Assembly (NCBI GenBank): GCA_902783885.1
Contig: CACZSQ010000073.1
Location: 1,439-65,438, forward strand
Direction of reading: 5' to 3'
From: an uncultured Bacteroidales bacterium
Lineage (GTDB): Bacteria > Bacteroidota > Bacteroidia > Bacteroidales > Bacteroidaceae
Length of the DNA stretch: 64,000 nucleotides
The position numbers and the translations under genes are program-made. The notes beneath the pieces were generated by a model that saw nothing but the letters and a program-made list of their open reading frames with translations, was not told the DNA's origin and did no database searches. Shown piece by piece: positions 1-10,200 of the stretch (its first letter is position 1; the number at the start of each line of letters is the position of its first letter).

Positions 1-2523
1 GGTTGCATTAGTCAGTGCATTGACGATAGCATCAAGGTCTGTCTGAGACATGGCCACGCTTTGATCAACGGCCTTGGCAGCTCTGAGTGCTGCAATTGCT
101 TCAACATTGTTGTATGGAGCATACTCACCTTCGTCAAAACCAAGAACCTTGTCATTAGTTGCATCGATAGCAGCGTTCAGAGCTGTATAGTCATCTGTTG
201 TGACATCGCCTGCAGTCAGTCTAAAGTTGTCAGCCTTGATAAAGCTGGCATCACTGCCATCCTGACTCTTCGTATTGCTGGCCTTGATGACAACATCATC
301 AGCATCTGCAAGCGTGAACACTACGTGCACCGTATTGCCCACTGTCTTGTCACCAGTAACGGTTATAGAATTGGTAGTTTCGTTGGCGGCAAGAACCAGA
401 GACTCACCATTGAAACCTGCGAGGAGAGCGCTCAAGGTATAAGTGCCTGCAGGCAGGTTCTTGATGGTCTGAGAAACATTGTTTTCAGCAGTACCGCCCC
501 AAGAGTTAAAGAGGTAGCTGCCATCCACACCAGAGGTGGTGTATGTAACATTGCTATTAGGGCATACTTTAGTGTCATAGCGGCTTTCAGCACTCCATCC
601 TGTCATGTCTCCTGTCTCGAAGCTAGGGTTGATGATAGCGGAAGTGTAATCAGTAGCAGATGCAGCAGCCAAAGCAGCTATCTCGGCAGCCTGATACTCT
701 GCGTAAATGTCGTCTGCTGTAGTCTCATTGGTATAGGTTCCGCTGTTATATTTTGCGCGAATGCCTGCAGCAGCTGTTGTTGCCGTCCATCCTTCAACCT
801 TTGTGATGGCTGCATCGAGAGCTGTATATACGCTCTTACTTTCATTAGCGGCTATCAGAGCTCCATTCAAAGCATTGTAATTATCAAGAGTCTTGCTGCC
901 AATGAAGGTGCTCTTGGCTGTGGCTAAAGCGCTCTTGATGGTGGCATTATAGACAGCATCATCAAGAGCTTCAACGTTAGCGATGATGGTATTAGCGTCA
1001 GCCTCTGACACGATTACATCACCGATGCGATACACGAGGTAATTGTCAATCCACAACTTGGCACCATTACCAGAACCTGCAGTAGAGGTGGTGAAGCCGA
1101 CATTGAAGTTGATATCAGCAGTCTTGGCCACATCGAACTCAAAGGCTTGAGCAATCCATTCGCCCGTAGCTGCGCTGTTGAGACTGGAGAAAACGAATGC
1201 ATTGGTTGTGCCATAGAAGTCGCCTGCAGCGCCGCTCACACCCGTGTAGTTGCTTGCTATACCCGTATTGGTGTGTTGATTGATGACTTCATAGTAAAGC
1301 AGATAACGACCAGAAGGGAGTTCATTTATTGTCTGCTGATAGCGGGCTTGGTCTCCCCAACCTGCAGAGAGGTGTAATGCGGCGCCATCGCTTTCACCGA
1401 GCATGTCAGCTGCAGGAGGTGTGGTAGAGTTTGTACTCCATCCATTGGCAGGCATTGCAGTACCATATTCAGAGGTGGTACCCTGAGCTGCAGTATTGTT
1501 GAACTTTGAGTACTGAGTCCATCCTGTGACATCATAGAGATAACCATGATCACCAGTGTTGGCACTCATATCCTTCGTGTTATCAGGATTGGAAGTAGCA
1601 GTAGAGAGGGTGCCACTATAAATGGTGTTGCCCTCGCCGTCAAGAGTGTTGTTAGGTGTTGTATCAAAATTTCCGTTTGCCAAAGCAACAGGAGTTGCTC
1701 CGCTCAAAGCGGTTGTAATTGCTGAGCTAAGAGCATCACTTGCATCGTTGCACTCGGCAGAGGTGGTTGCCGCATCAAGCACTCCCTGTGCTGTCGTAAT
1801 AGCAGTACCTAGGGTTGCATCACTCAGTACACTGTTCAAGGCCGTGGCCTTCTTGATATATCCGCCAAGTTTTGTTCGGGCAGCAGCAAGATTGGGATCT
1901 GTCCAAGTGATAGTTATGTCATCATAGAATACGGCAGGGGCACCACTTCCTGTTTTATTGTTTCCTTGTACGCCAATTTGTATCTTACCCGTAGTTTCTT
2001 CCGTAAGAGTAAATGAAACACTCTCGGTAGTCCACGTTGATGATGTGAACGTTGTGCTGGAAACCAGGTATTCTTTACTAGCAGTTACAAAACCAAAACG
2101 GGAAGTACCGTAATTATTGGTTTCAGAGCTAAGATAGTGGTCAACAGTAAGAGTATAATAACCTGCAGGCAAAGTAATATTACCACTTTGGATCTTGACA
2201 TCATCCGCCCATCCAGCTATAATGCCAAGGGTATTGCCAGAAACCGTTGAACCGTCCTTCTTGGTGCTGGGAGTAGTGGAATTTGCCACCTTCACTCCGC
2301 CACCATAAGCGGTCACAGCAATTGTGGTGTAACTGCCACTACTAGTCTTAGTCCATCCGCTAGAGGAGTAGTCTTTCATTGTCTTGGCGGCTACATTAGA
2401 AGTTTCTGCTGTACAGTCGTCAAAACCGGCATTTGTCAAATACGTAGACGTTACGTCAGTTTGCGCCCACGTGGCGACGGAGCATAGGAATGCGCCAATC
2501 GCGAAAAGTAGTTTTCTTTTCAT
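1..2523 (-). CDS. Secreted surface repeat protein, first 841 codons only (3' end lies beyond the window start)
   Basis: Missing from the ORF track because its stop is off-window. I scanned plus-strand triplets 1-3 ... 2521-2523 and found no TTA/CTA/TCA, so the minus frame is open. ATG at 2523-2521 gives MKRKLLFAIGAFLCSVATWAQ (signal peptide). Interior NPSFETGDMTGWS and QTIKNLPAGTYTL motifs match modules in the 3087..6791 and 7287..10727 products. Confidence 0.75.
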   Translation of the reverse strand, partial: MKRKLLFAIGAFLCSVATWAQTDVTSTYLTNAGFDDCTAETSNVAAKTMKDYSSSGWTKTSSGSYTTIAVTAYGGGVKVANSTTPSTKKDGSTVSGNTLGIIAGWADDVKIQSGNITLPAGYYTLTVDHYLSSETNNYGTSRFGFVTASKEYLVSSTTFTSSTWTTESVSFTLTEETTGKIQIGVQGNNKTGSGAPAVFYDDITITWTDPNLAAARTKLGGYIKKATALNSVLSDATLGTAITTAQGVLDAATTSAECNDASDALSSAITTALSGATPVALANGNFDTTPNNTLDGEGNTIYSGTLSTATSNPDNTKDMSANTGDHGYLYDVTGWTQYSKFNNTAAQGTTSEYGTAMPANGWSTNSTTPPAADMLGESDGAALHLSAGWGDQARYQQTINELPSGRYLLYYEVINQHTNTGIASNYTGVSGAAGDFYGTTNAFVFSSLNSAATGEWIAQAFEFDVAKTADINFNVGFTTSTAGSGNGAKLWIDNYLVYRIGDVIVSEADANTIIANVEALDDAVYNATIKSALATAKSTFIGSKTLDNYNALNGALIAANESKSVYTALDAAITKVEGWTATTAAAGIRAKYNSGTYTNETTADDIYAEYQAAEIAALAAASATDYTSAIINPSFETGDMTGWSAESRYDTKVCPNSNVTYTTSGVDGSYLFNSWGGTAENNVSQTIKNLPAGTYTLSALLAGFNGESLVLAANETTNSITVTGDKTVGNTVHVVFTLADADDVVIKASNTKSQDGSDASFIKADNFRLTAGDVTTDDYTALNAAIDATNDKVLGFDEGEYAPYNNVEAIAALRAAKAVDQSVAMSQTDLDAIVNALTNAT

Positions 2524-2577
2524 AGATTAACAGAATTAAATGAGTTATTTAGTTTGTAGTTTATGCAAAAAATCGTA

Positions 2578-2585
2578 CAAAAATA
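2578..2585 (-). promoter_or_regulatory. Bacteroidota -7 promoter motif (TAttTTTG on minus strand)
   Basis: Plus-strand caaaaata, 55 nt upstream of the ATG at 2523. Matches the TAnnTTTG consensus known for Bacteroides/Prevotella sigma-A promoters. Confidence 0.4.
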
Positions 2586-2744
2586 CTCATTAAGTGTGAG
2601 TTGGACAACAAAAAAGCAAAAAAAATGCACCTTCTCCTACCTTTTTGCCCTCGACACCAAACATTGCCCGCACTCGGGGATACGGAAAGGAACTTAAATC
2701 CAACATAAATCAAAACTTAAATGATTTTATGATCATATGACCTG

Positions 2745-2931
2745 CCTACATACACTGGCGACGTATTGGGTTGTGCATCAGGTGATTAAGTCTCAAACAG
2801 TGGTTATTTAGGGTACACTCAGGGTACACTGAGGTTACACGGGGAATGATACTTGAGTGTAGCCTGAGTGTACCCTAAATCGGTATTTAATCAACAGAGA
2901 ATCACCCGACTAGATGTCGAATGTATGTAGG
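2745..2931. repeat. Long imperfect palindrome (~187 bp) with a perfect 18-bp inner stem
   Basis: atttagggtacactcagg (2806-2823) is the exact reverse complement of cctgagtgtaccctaaat (2863-2880). Outer arms cctacataca (2745-2754) / tgtatgtagg (2922-2931) and ggtgatt / aatcacc extend the symmetry. The inner part is a tandem gggtacactca / gggtacactga word. Confidence 0.7.
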
Positions 2932-2982
2932 CTGTTCGCATTGCCATAAATTTCTTCAGTTCATGAACGAGCGGTCTTGTGC

Positions 2983-3070
2983 GCTGAAGATGCAGATCTT
3001 ATGGCCTGAAGATCTAGGTCTTCATCGCTTAAGACCTGCATCTTATGGCCGTAAGACCTAGGTCTTCATA
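2983..3070. repeat. Tandem array of 4 x 22-bp hairpin-forming units (gaaga-N-tctt family)
   Basis: Units are gctgaagatgcagatcttatgg, cctgaagatctaggtcttcatc, gcttaagacctgcatcttatgg and ccgtaagacctaggtcttcata. aagacctaggtctt is a perfect palindrome. The array lies 17 bp beyond the 3' end of the GH53 gene. The same family recurs at 46527-46702. Confidence 0.75.
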
Positions 3071-3086
3071 GTATTTCCTGGCAATA

Positions 3087-6000
3087 CTATCTTACAATCA
3101 GTTTCTTGCCGTTAACGATGTTGATGCCTTTCTGCAACTGCTGCAGCCGCTGACCGGCGAGATTGTAAACAGAGCCCCCAAGCCCACTGAAGGGCTGTGT
3201 AAGGTCTTTGTCCGTTGTCCTTGGTCCATCCTCAATGTCTGTGATGCCCACGGGGAGTATGCCCGCAGCAGCATCGCCGCTGACCTCACGCACGCTGGCA
3301 GGACCATAGCCCGTCAGCGTGAAGTCGTCGAACGTACACCATACATCTCCCTCGTTATAGACCATGACGCCGATGGCGAGCGTGCCGTCGGTCACCTTGG
3401 TGGTCACCTCGTAGCGATGGGCATTGCCGGGCAGGGCGTCAGCAGCCTCCACGAGTACATTGTCGTTGCCGGCAAAGACAACAGTCGTCTGAGCCCTGTT
3501 GGTATATGCGGTTACACCCAGCGTATAGGTGCCGTTGGGCAGGCCGGTAAGCGTTTGCTCCACGCGGTACGCCTGCGGCCAAGAATCCCACAGGTTCAGG
3601 TAGGCACTGCCGTGGTCGGACATGGCGCTCACGCCATCCCCCCAGCTGCCTGCAGCCTCGAAGGTGTCCATGTCGCCGTTCACATTCTCCCAGCCCGTAG
3701 TGCCGTCCTCGAAGTCGGGATTCACGATATATACGGTATAATCCATGGGGTTCTCGTCCGATGCCTCGCCTGCCGGCAAGCGCAGGTCGTGGACGGCAGC
3801 CTCAATCTGGTTCATGGCCGTCTGCATCTGCTCGCTGTTCTCAAAGCTCTCTTCGGCCAGTTTCTTCTCCACCTCTGCGTAGAGGGTTTCTGCTCTCTGG
3901 TAAGCATCGGGGGCACTGCTGGTGGCATAAGTCTCAAGACACTGCTTCAGATAATCCTTCAGCTCCACGAGCTGGTCGAAGAGATTGAGCGTAGCCTGAC
4001 CTTTGCTCATGGCGTCCTTGAGTCCCTGGATCACCGCCTCCACCTCTTGCGTGGAACTCTCTACAGCCTCGAGTGTCGGCGTTGCCGTCTTGGTGATGTA
4101 GTCGTCCAGCTGGTTCTGGTCGAACTCCCAGTAGGAATACTTCTCCTCGTTGGCCGTATTGATGGTAGCCTCCAGCTTGTCGTAGGCGGCCACATTGTCG
4201 TTGCATGCTCCCAGCGCATCCAGGAAAGCCTGCACGTAGGTCATGAGCGTCTCGTCCAGTGCAGCATTCTTCAGGTTCTCCAGCGCCTGCTCATAGGCCG
4301 CCACGAGGGTAGCCTGACAGCGCGCGCCGTCGAAGCTGGGCGCCTGTTCGATGCTCTTCTGCACCCAGGCGGCGTAGGCATCCTCGCCGGCACCGAAGTA
4401 GAGCAGACGGACGTTGTCCATCGCGCCCCAGAGGGCTCCTGTGAGCTCGCCGTAGTAACCAAGCTGCAGGGTGCCGTCGGTGACGAGTGTGGTCATCGTG
4501 TAGTCCTGGCCATACTGAGTATCGCCGATTTTACCGTTGTTGACAGGTGTCTTCACATCGCCTGCGAAGACATAGCCGCCCTCCGCATCGGCGAAGGCAG
4601 CGATGGTCACCTCATACACGCCGTTGGGCAGACCCGTGATGGTCTGCGAGGCCATGGGGCCTGTGAAAGCGTCGCCGTGCCAGAGGTTCAGATAGCACTG
4701 GCCCGTGAAGCTGGTGCCGTCAACGACGTCGGCCCATCCCTTGCTGACGGTGTCGTAATGCTCGAAGGTGCTGACCCCGCCGTTCACCCAGCCGTCGATG
4801 CCGTCTTCGAAGCCGGGGTTCTGGATGTAGCGCGTCATGTCGATGGGGTTCTCGGGTGTCACGTTCTCCTGATAGTATTCGCTGAAGCGCTGCAGCAGGG
4901 CGCTGATAGCCTCGGACAGCTGTTCGTAGCTCAGGCTCAGGTTATGGTAGGCATTGTAGGCATCATCGAGGTCGCTGATGCCTATCTCCTCGGCCTCCTG
5001 GATGAGCGCCAGCAGTTCCTGCGAGCGGTCGTAGATGCGGAGCTGGTACTCGTAGGTACGGTAGTCTTCCTCCAGCACCACCATCCACTCGTTCTGGTCG
5101 AACTCCGATGCGGCGGCATAGATGATACCCGTTCCGGTAGCTATGCCCTCGCCGGTTTCCTCATCCGCGTGGTAAGTGTCAACGTAGTTGGGATCGAGCG
5201 CCACATAGTAGTCCTCGAAGTCGCCGCTGTGCTTCACAGTGGCGTTTGTCTCGGCGCCATAGATGCGAAAGGCTTTGTTCTCAGTAGGCTCCACACAGAA
5301 ATAGTGGTCCTCGCGCGTACGTGCGCCGTCGGTATATAGGTGGTATGTCAGCGTGCTTGGGTCAGCCTCCTTGTCATATTCCAGGAAAGCATAGTACCAC
5401 TGCCCCTTCTGGGGGTGATAGTTGCTGATTTCGTAGATATATACTTCGTCGCCCTGGGTCTCGCCTGTGGGGTTGAAGGAGAGGGGGATGCCGCGCTCCG
5501 AGAGCGAGACATGTGTTCCCCAGTCGTTGCCATAGCTGTAGAACAGGTTGGTGGCCTTGTGCAGGAGATAGACGACCTGGTTGGAGCGGAAGTCCGACAC
5601 GGGGCCTCTGTAGGTGGGTACCGTGCGGTCGCCTATCACATCGCCGCCGCTGCCTACGAAAGCCTTCAGCTCGGTCAGGGCAGCCATGGCGCGATGCGAC
5701 GTGTTGTCCCACAAGCCGCGGTTCAGCCAGTAGGACAGCACGCCGTCTTCGGGGCCGGTGCCGTTCTCTTCGGGGAACCAGTAGTAGAGGCCGTTGACAT
5801 TGGCGTGCTTCTTCAGTTCTGCCACGAGGTCGCGGATGAACGCGGCCTGGCCCGCCGGCGTAATAGGCCATGTGGAAGAGAAATCGTATTTCGTGCCGGC
5901 GTCGGCTCCGGGCTGATGCTGGTAGTAATAGCCCGTCTCCACAATCTGCACCTTCTTGTCGGGGAAGTCGGTGGCCAGCATATTCAGCGACTGCGAGAGC

Positions 6001-6791
6001 ACATCCAGCGAGTTGTGCCAGAAGGGATAGTACGAAAGGCCGATGACGTCGTAGTCCACGGCTGCCAGCTTGTTATAGAACAGCTTCAGGATGCTGGGCT
6101 GGCCGGAGCGCTCGCAATGGATCATGACCTTGGCCTGCGGGCACACCTCACGGCAGGCACGCGAAGCCTGGTTCAGGAGATTCACGAAGCGCGTCCAGTT
6201 GGCCTCGGGAGAGTTGGAGAGGCAACGGTTGGCGCTCGACGTATGGTCGGCGCTCCACAGCATACCATAGCTAATCTCATTACCCGTCTGGATGAAGTCG
6301 GGTGCCGCGCCCTCGTCCACGAGTCGCTGCAGGCACTCCTTAGTATAATCGTACACGCGCGCGAGGAGCTGTGTCTCGGTCAGGTCGGCCCACGCCGCAG
6401 GTATCCACTGGTTCGAGGGGTCTGCCCAGCTGTCGGTGTACTGGATATCCAGCAGGACGGCGAAGCCCTCAGCCTTCAGGCGCTTGCAGAAGCGCACCAC
6501 ATAATCCAGGTCCTGGCACACCTGCACATCGGCGTTGCCGTCGTTATCCACCCCCTTGGGGTTCACGAACAGTCGCACGCGGGCAGCATTCCAGCCCACC
6601 TCGACGCCTCCCAAGTACTTCACCACATCGCTGATGCGCCGGTTCTGGAGGTCGTAGTAATCCACTCCATGATCCTCGTAGCTCTGTAACAAGGATATGT
6701 CACCTCCGACGTACATCTCCTGTGCGCGGAGCGACAGCCCCTGCCCACCTACCATAGCGAGCAGGAACCATACAAATAACAATTTTTTCAT
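3087..6791 (-). CDS. GH53 endo-beta-1,4-galactanase with two CBM-like modules and a T9SS-type C-terminal sorting tail
   Basis: GGDISLLQSYEDHGVDYYD, YTDSWADPSNQWIPAAW, GNEISYGMLW and VQIVETGYYY fit the GH53 (clan GH-A) pattern with two catalytic Glu. Two later modules start NPGFEDGIDGW and NPDFEDGTTGW. The protein ends VYNLAGQRLQQLQKGINIVNGKKLIVR. I moved the start to MKKLLFVWFLLAMVGG (ATG at 6791), downstream of the promoter motif. Confidence 0.85.
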   Translation of the reverse strand: MKKLLFVWFLLAMVGGQGLSLRAQEMYVGGDISLLQSYEDHGVDYYDLQNRRISDVVKYLGGVEVGWNAARVRLFVNPKGVDNDGNADVQVCQDLDYVVRFCKRLKAEGFAVLLDIQYTDSWADPSNQWIPAAWADLTETQLLARVYDYTKECLQRLVDEGAAPDFIQTGNEISYGMLWSADHTSSANRCLSNSPEANWTRFVNLLNQASRACREVCPQAKVMIHCERSGQPSILKLFYNKLAAVDYDVIGLSYYPFWHNSLDVLSQSLNMLATDFPDKKVQIVETGYYYQHQPGADAGTKYDFSSTWPITPAGQAAFIRDLVAELKKHANVNGLYYWFPEENGTGPEDGVLSYWLNRGLWDNTSHRAMAALTELKAFVGSGGDVIGDRTVPTYRGPVSDFRSNQVVYLLHKATNLFYSYGNDWGTHVSLSERGIPLSFNPTGETQGDEVYIYEISNYHPQKGQWYYAFLEYDKEADPSTLTYHLYTDGARTREDHYFCVEPTENKAFRIYGAETNATVKHSGDFEDYYVALDPNYVDTYHADEETGEGIATGTGIIYAAASEFDQNEWMVVLEEDYRTYEYQLRIYDRSQELLALIQEAEEIGISDLDDAYNAYHNLSLSYEQLSEAISALLQRFSEYYQENVTPENPIDMTRYIQNPGFEDGIDGWVNGGVSTFEHYDTVSKGWADVVDGTSFTGQCYLNLWHGDAFTGPMASQTITGLPNGVYEVTIAAFADAEGGYVFAGDVKTPVNNGKIGDTQYGQDYTMTTLVTDGTLQLGYYGELTGALWGAMDNVRLLYFGAGEDAYAAWVQKSIEQAPSFDGARCQATLVAAYEQALENLKNAALDETLMTYVQAFLDALGACNDNVAAYDKLEATINTANEEKYSYWEFDQNQLDDYITKTATPTLEAVESSTQEVEAVIQGLKDAMSKGQATLNLFDQLVELKDYLKQCLETYATSSAPDAYQRAETLYAEVEKKLAEESFENSEQMQTAMNQIEAAVHDLRLPAGEASDENPMDYTVYIVNPDFEDGTTGWENVNGDMDTFEAAGSWGDGVSAMSDHGSAYLNLWDSWPQAYRVEQTLTGLPNGTYTLGVTAYTNRAQTTVVFAGNDNVLVEAADALPGNAHRYEVTTKVTDGTLAIGVMVYNEGDVWCTFDDFTLTGYGPASVREVSGDAAAGILPVGITDIEDGPRTTDKDLTQPFSGLGGSVYNLAGQRLQQLQKGINIVNGKKLIVR

Positions 6792-6815
6792 GTTCAAAAA
6801 ACCATATTTATGCTG

Positions 6816-6823
6816 CAAAGGTA
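6816..6823 (-). promoter_or_regulatory. -7 promoter motif (TAccTTTG on minus strand)
   Basis: Plus-strand caaaggta, 25 nt upstream of the ATG at 6791. Confidence 0.5.
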
Positions 6824-6870
6824 ACGCCTTTCCCCCACCCGACCAAATTTTCATTCCATTTTTCACAAAC

Positions 6871-6906
6871 GAAGCCCTGCGGACAACCTCGTGTCCGCAG
6901 GGCTTC
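6871..6906 (-). terminator. Perfect 15-bp stem hairpin ending the 7287..10727 / small-ORF transcription unit
   Basis: gaagccctgcggaca - acctcg - tgtccgcagggcttc. It sits 51 nt downstream of the small ORF stop. The trailing T-run is weak (gtttgtg on the minus strand). Confidence 0.6.
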
Positions 6907-6956
6907 TATTACCAATAGCCAATAGCCAAAAGCTAACAGCTAATTGCCCAAATCGC

Positions 6957-7160
6957 TTACTTACTCCAGTCGTCGTTCCAGACGTTATAGTCCGAACGGC
7001 TGCCGCGGTCGCCTTTAACGTCACTGGTCATGCCACCACCGGAGTGACCACCATAGGTTACATTAACGTTTCCTACCATGTTAGCAGAGACATCAAGGAC
7101 ATGCTCCTGAGCGCTCAGCTGCATGATCTCTGTGCTGGGGATGATATATGTCTTTTTCAT
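6957..7160 (-). CDS. Small conserved hypothetical protein (67 aa), paralogue of 40403..40579
   Basis: MKKTYIIPSTEIMQLSAQ...GGHSGGGMTSDVKGDRGSRSDYNVWNDDWSK. It shares the N-terminus, a Gly-rich centre, a VK.DR motif and a W.DD.W end with the 58-aa ORF downstream of the GH95 gene. No signal peptide. Confidence 0.55.
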   Translation of the reverse strand: MKKTYIIPSTEIMQLSAQEHVLDVSANMVGNVNVTYGGHSGGGMTSDVKGDRGSRSDYNVWNDDWSK

Positions 7161-7286
7161 AATCGTATTACCTTAATATTATATTATTCTTTCACACGAA
7201 TGTCCACGAATGGGTACACTAATAATCATCAATATTTTTGGTCATTACATGTATCTAATTCATGGCCATTTGTGTGAAAACTAATT

Positions 7287-10200
7287 TTATTTCACGAGCA
7301 CTTTCTTGCCATTGACAATATTGATGCCCTTCTGCAGCTTCTGCAGACGCTGGCCAGCCAGATTGAAGATAGTAGCATCATTGTCATTGTTGACATCAGC
7401 GCTAATACCCTCGATAGCGGTAGCTACGCCGTCGATGAACAAAGCAGCCTTCACATTACCACCAACCTTCTTCTTGAAGTATGCGCGGAAAGGCTTAGCA
7501 GTATCGTTGATGCCCTCTGACTGGAAGACTTTCTGGACATTATCCTTCGTAGCGAGGAAGAAGTCACCTGCAGCAAATGTGGTAAGCTCATAGACACCGA
7601 CATAGTCAAAGTTAGTACCCTCGGCGATAGTCGTTGCAGGAGCCTCAGGAGCCTCGATGGTCACACCTTCAATCACCTTTTTTGTTGCAGCGGAAGTAGC
7701 CTTAACCAAAACAGGAACGTTAGCTGTGATAGCACCAGAGCCGACTGTGGTGAAGGTAAGTTCAATAGAGTTCGTATTTGCGCTGTTCTCACTGTAGCTA
7801 TAAACCTCAGCACCAGAGCCAAAGACAGCCTGAACCTGAACAGCGGTGAGGTCGAAGGGCAGAACAACAGTGTTATAACCCTCCTTGATACCGCGCTGTA
7901 AGGTCACGGTAGCCAGTTCACCATCATTGGAAGCGATAGTGGAAGCCATATTGTCGTCATCGGAGAGCGTAATCTTCGTGGTCTTGTCCTCATCGGAAAG
8001 GAGTTCAGCATCTGCGAGAGAAACCCAATTCCACTTCAAATCGGAACTTACATTGATAGTCAATGTAACATCACCAGCCTCGCTGACGGTGAAGGGCAGG
8101 AAACGCCACTGCCAACCAGCACCCTTGTTGTCCTCGGTATTAGCACCAGCGCTCTTGCGGAAAGTGTCACTGTCAGACCAGCTTGCAACACCAGCAGTGG
8201 TAATACCACGTGTGTTGTTACCTGCAGTCGGTAAAGTAACGGTGTTGGCTGTAGCAGATGAGGCTATCGTACCATTACTGTCAACAGAGCCACGGGCAGC
8301 AAGCTTCAGTACATAGTTACCTGCGGGCAGATTGTTGGCAACCTTCGTATAGGTTACAGACCAGTTACTGCTATACCATCCACGTGCTGATTGCTCATAA
8401 TAAGTACGGGTGGTGTTGCTCCAGTGTTCGGAGTTGAGAGTCTGAGGATCAACAGGTGTGTCTCCATGCTCAGCATCAAGAGCTGTTCCTGTCCATGTGC
8501 TAAAGTCACCAATCTTTGAAGTGAGAGAGTACTGGTACTCAGTAGCTACCTTATTATACTGAGCCACGTTCAGGTTCTGAACAGCCGTAACGGCCTCAGC
8601 AGCTGTGGTGGGAGCAGCAACATCGAGGTCTGAGCCCCAGAGTGTGATGGTCTCCTGCTTGTATGCTACGTAAGCATTATAGGATGGAGCAGCAGCATTG
8701 AATGTCTGAAGAGCAGTTTGCAGCGCGTTAATCTTAGCGGTGTATGTAGCCTTGAGGTTGGAACCTGCTGGAGTGTCTGCAATAGCGGCATTAAGTGCTG
8801 TAAGTTCAGTTCCTGTCACATTGGCATTAGTGGTCTTTGCCGTGTTTGCATCATTGACAAGTGCTGTCCATTGATCCTCATAAACAGAATAGTCAGGAGC
8901 GCCATAGTACTTCAGCGTGAAGTCGCGGAAGATGGTCCATTTGTCGGTCTGGGTGTCTTGGTTGTCGATACCAATCTCAACATCGCCAGCGGTCTCAATA
9001 AGGAACTTCAGAGCGACCTTACCATTGCCATTATCGAAATAGGTTTTGGCATCAGCCATGGTATTCACAACTGTGCTCGCTACACCAGGAATCAAAATCT
9101 TATCCTCGCCAGCATAGAAATAAGTGCTGAAGTCACCTTGTCCGCCACGGTGGAAACCGGTTACGCCGAACTCCCATGTACCAGGGGTGAGAGCAAGCGT
9201 CTGATAGAACTTGAAGTTAGCATTATAAAACTCTGTCTCGCCGTAGTTGGTGGTAGGACCATTACCTGATTGCTTCTCTGTTGTCCAGAATTCTGTGTTC
9301 TGGCTAACAGATGCATTGTCAACCATGACGGCAGTTACGTCAATACCTGCTGCGGGAACTGTCACGTTGGGCAGTTCATCAAGGAATGCAGCGCGAAGGG
9401 TGGGGATAGCAGCGTCTATAGCAGCTGTTGTGGTAGCAGCATTGACTGCCGCATCGGCTGAAGATGTGTCAGTTGAAGGAGCAATAGCCAGAGCGGCTGT
9501 CTTAATGCTGTTGTAACGAGCATAGCTTGCAATAATAGCGGCATCAGCGTTAGCGCTGACAGCATTGTTGATAGCAGTGATAGCTGCGCTATATTCATCA
9601 CCAGTCTCGTACTCTTTGTTATTTGCCGTGATTGCAGCAGAGATGTTTGCGTAAACTGCTGCGGGGAGCTGAGATTCATAAGCTTGAGCAGCTGAGACAG
9701 CAGCAGCAAGAGCATTCACATATTCAGTCAAATCAATAGGACCATAGTATTGAATCTGAATATTATCCCAAATACACCAGAGAGCCGTATTGTTGTCAAG
9801 GTGAGTGCCTACTTTGAGATCACCACCAGCATAGGTGGTCTTTGCGCTCCAGTTTGTCATATATGAGCCAGCTGTAAAAGAAGTAGAAGCAGCACTCATA
9901 CTGCCTTCATCACCAGTTTTTGCAGGGAATGTCACCTTTGCATCACCTACATAAAAATAAGGAAGGTCTGTATTATTGCTGCCATCCTGGCGATAGAAAG
10001 CCTGACCACGAACAGCATAATAGCCTTTGGGGGCATCAGCAACAGTCTGAGCGAAATCGAAAGCTACATGGAAAGACTCAACACAGAAATTGGTATTGTC
10101 ACCCGCATTGTTTTTGTTTGTTGCGCCAGGGAAAGTCCAAGTCCAAGCTGCATCATAAGCAGGCAACTTATAGCGACCAAACTCAGCATTTTTGAGCAAG

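Noticed and set aside
3417-6689. Very long plus-strand ORFs (3417..5339 at 640 aa, 5340..6689 at 449 aa) antisense to the GH53 gene. Similar antisense ORFs lie in the GH10 gene (15969..17891), the lipoprotein gene (27755..28957), nusB (47269..48174), TamB and others.
   Set aside because: They exactly shadow genes with strong motif support on the other strand. Their products are Arg/Gly/Val/His-rich with no motifs, signal peptides or promoter motifs. This is the expected open antisense frame in GC-rich, codon-biased genes.
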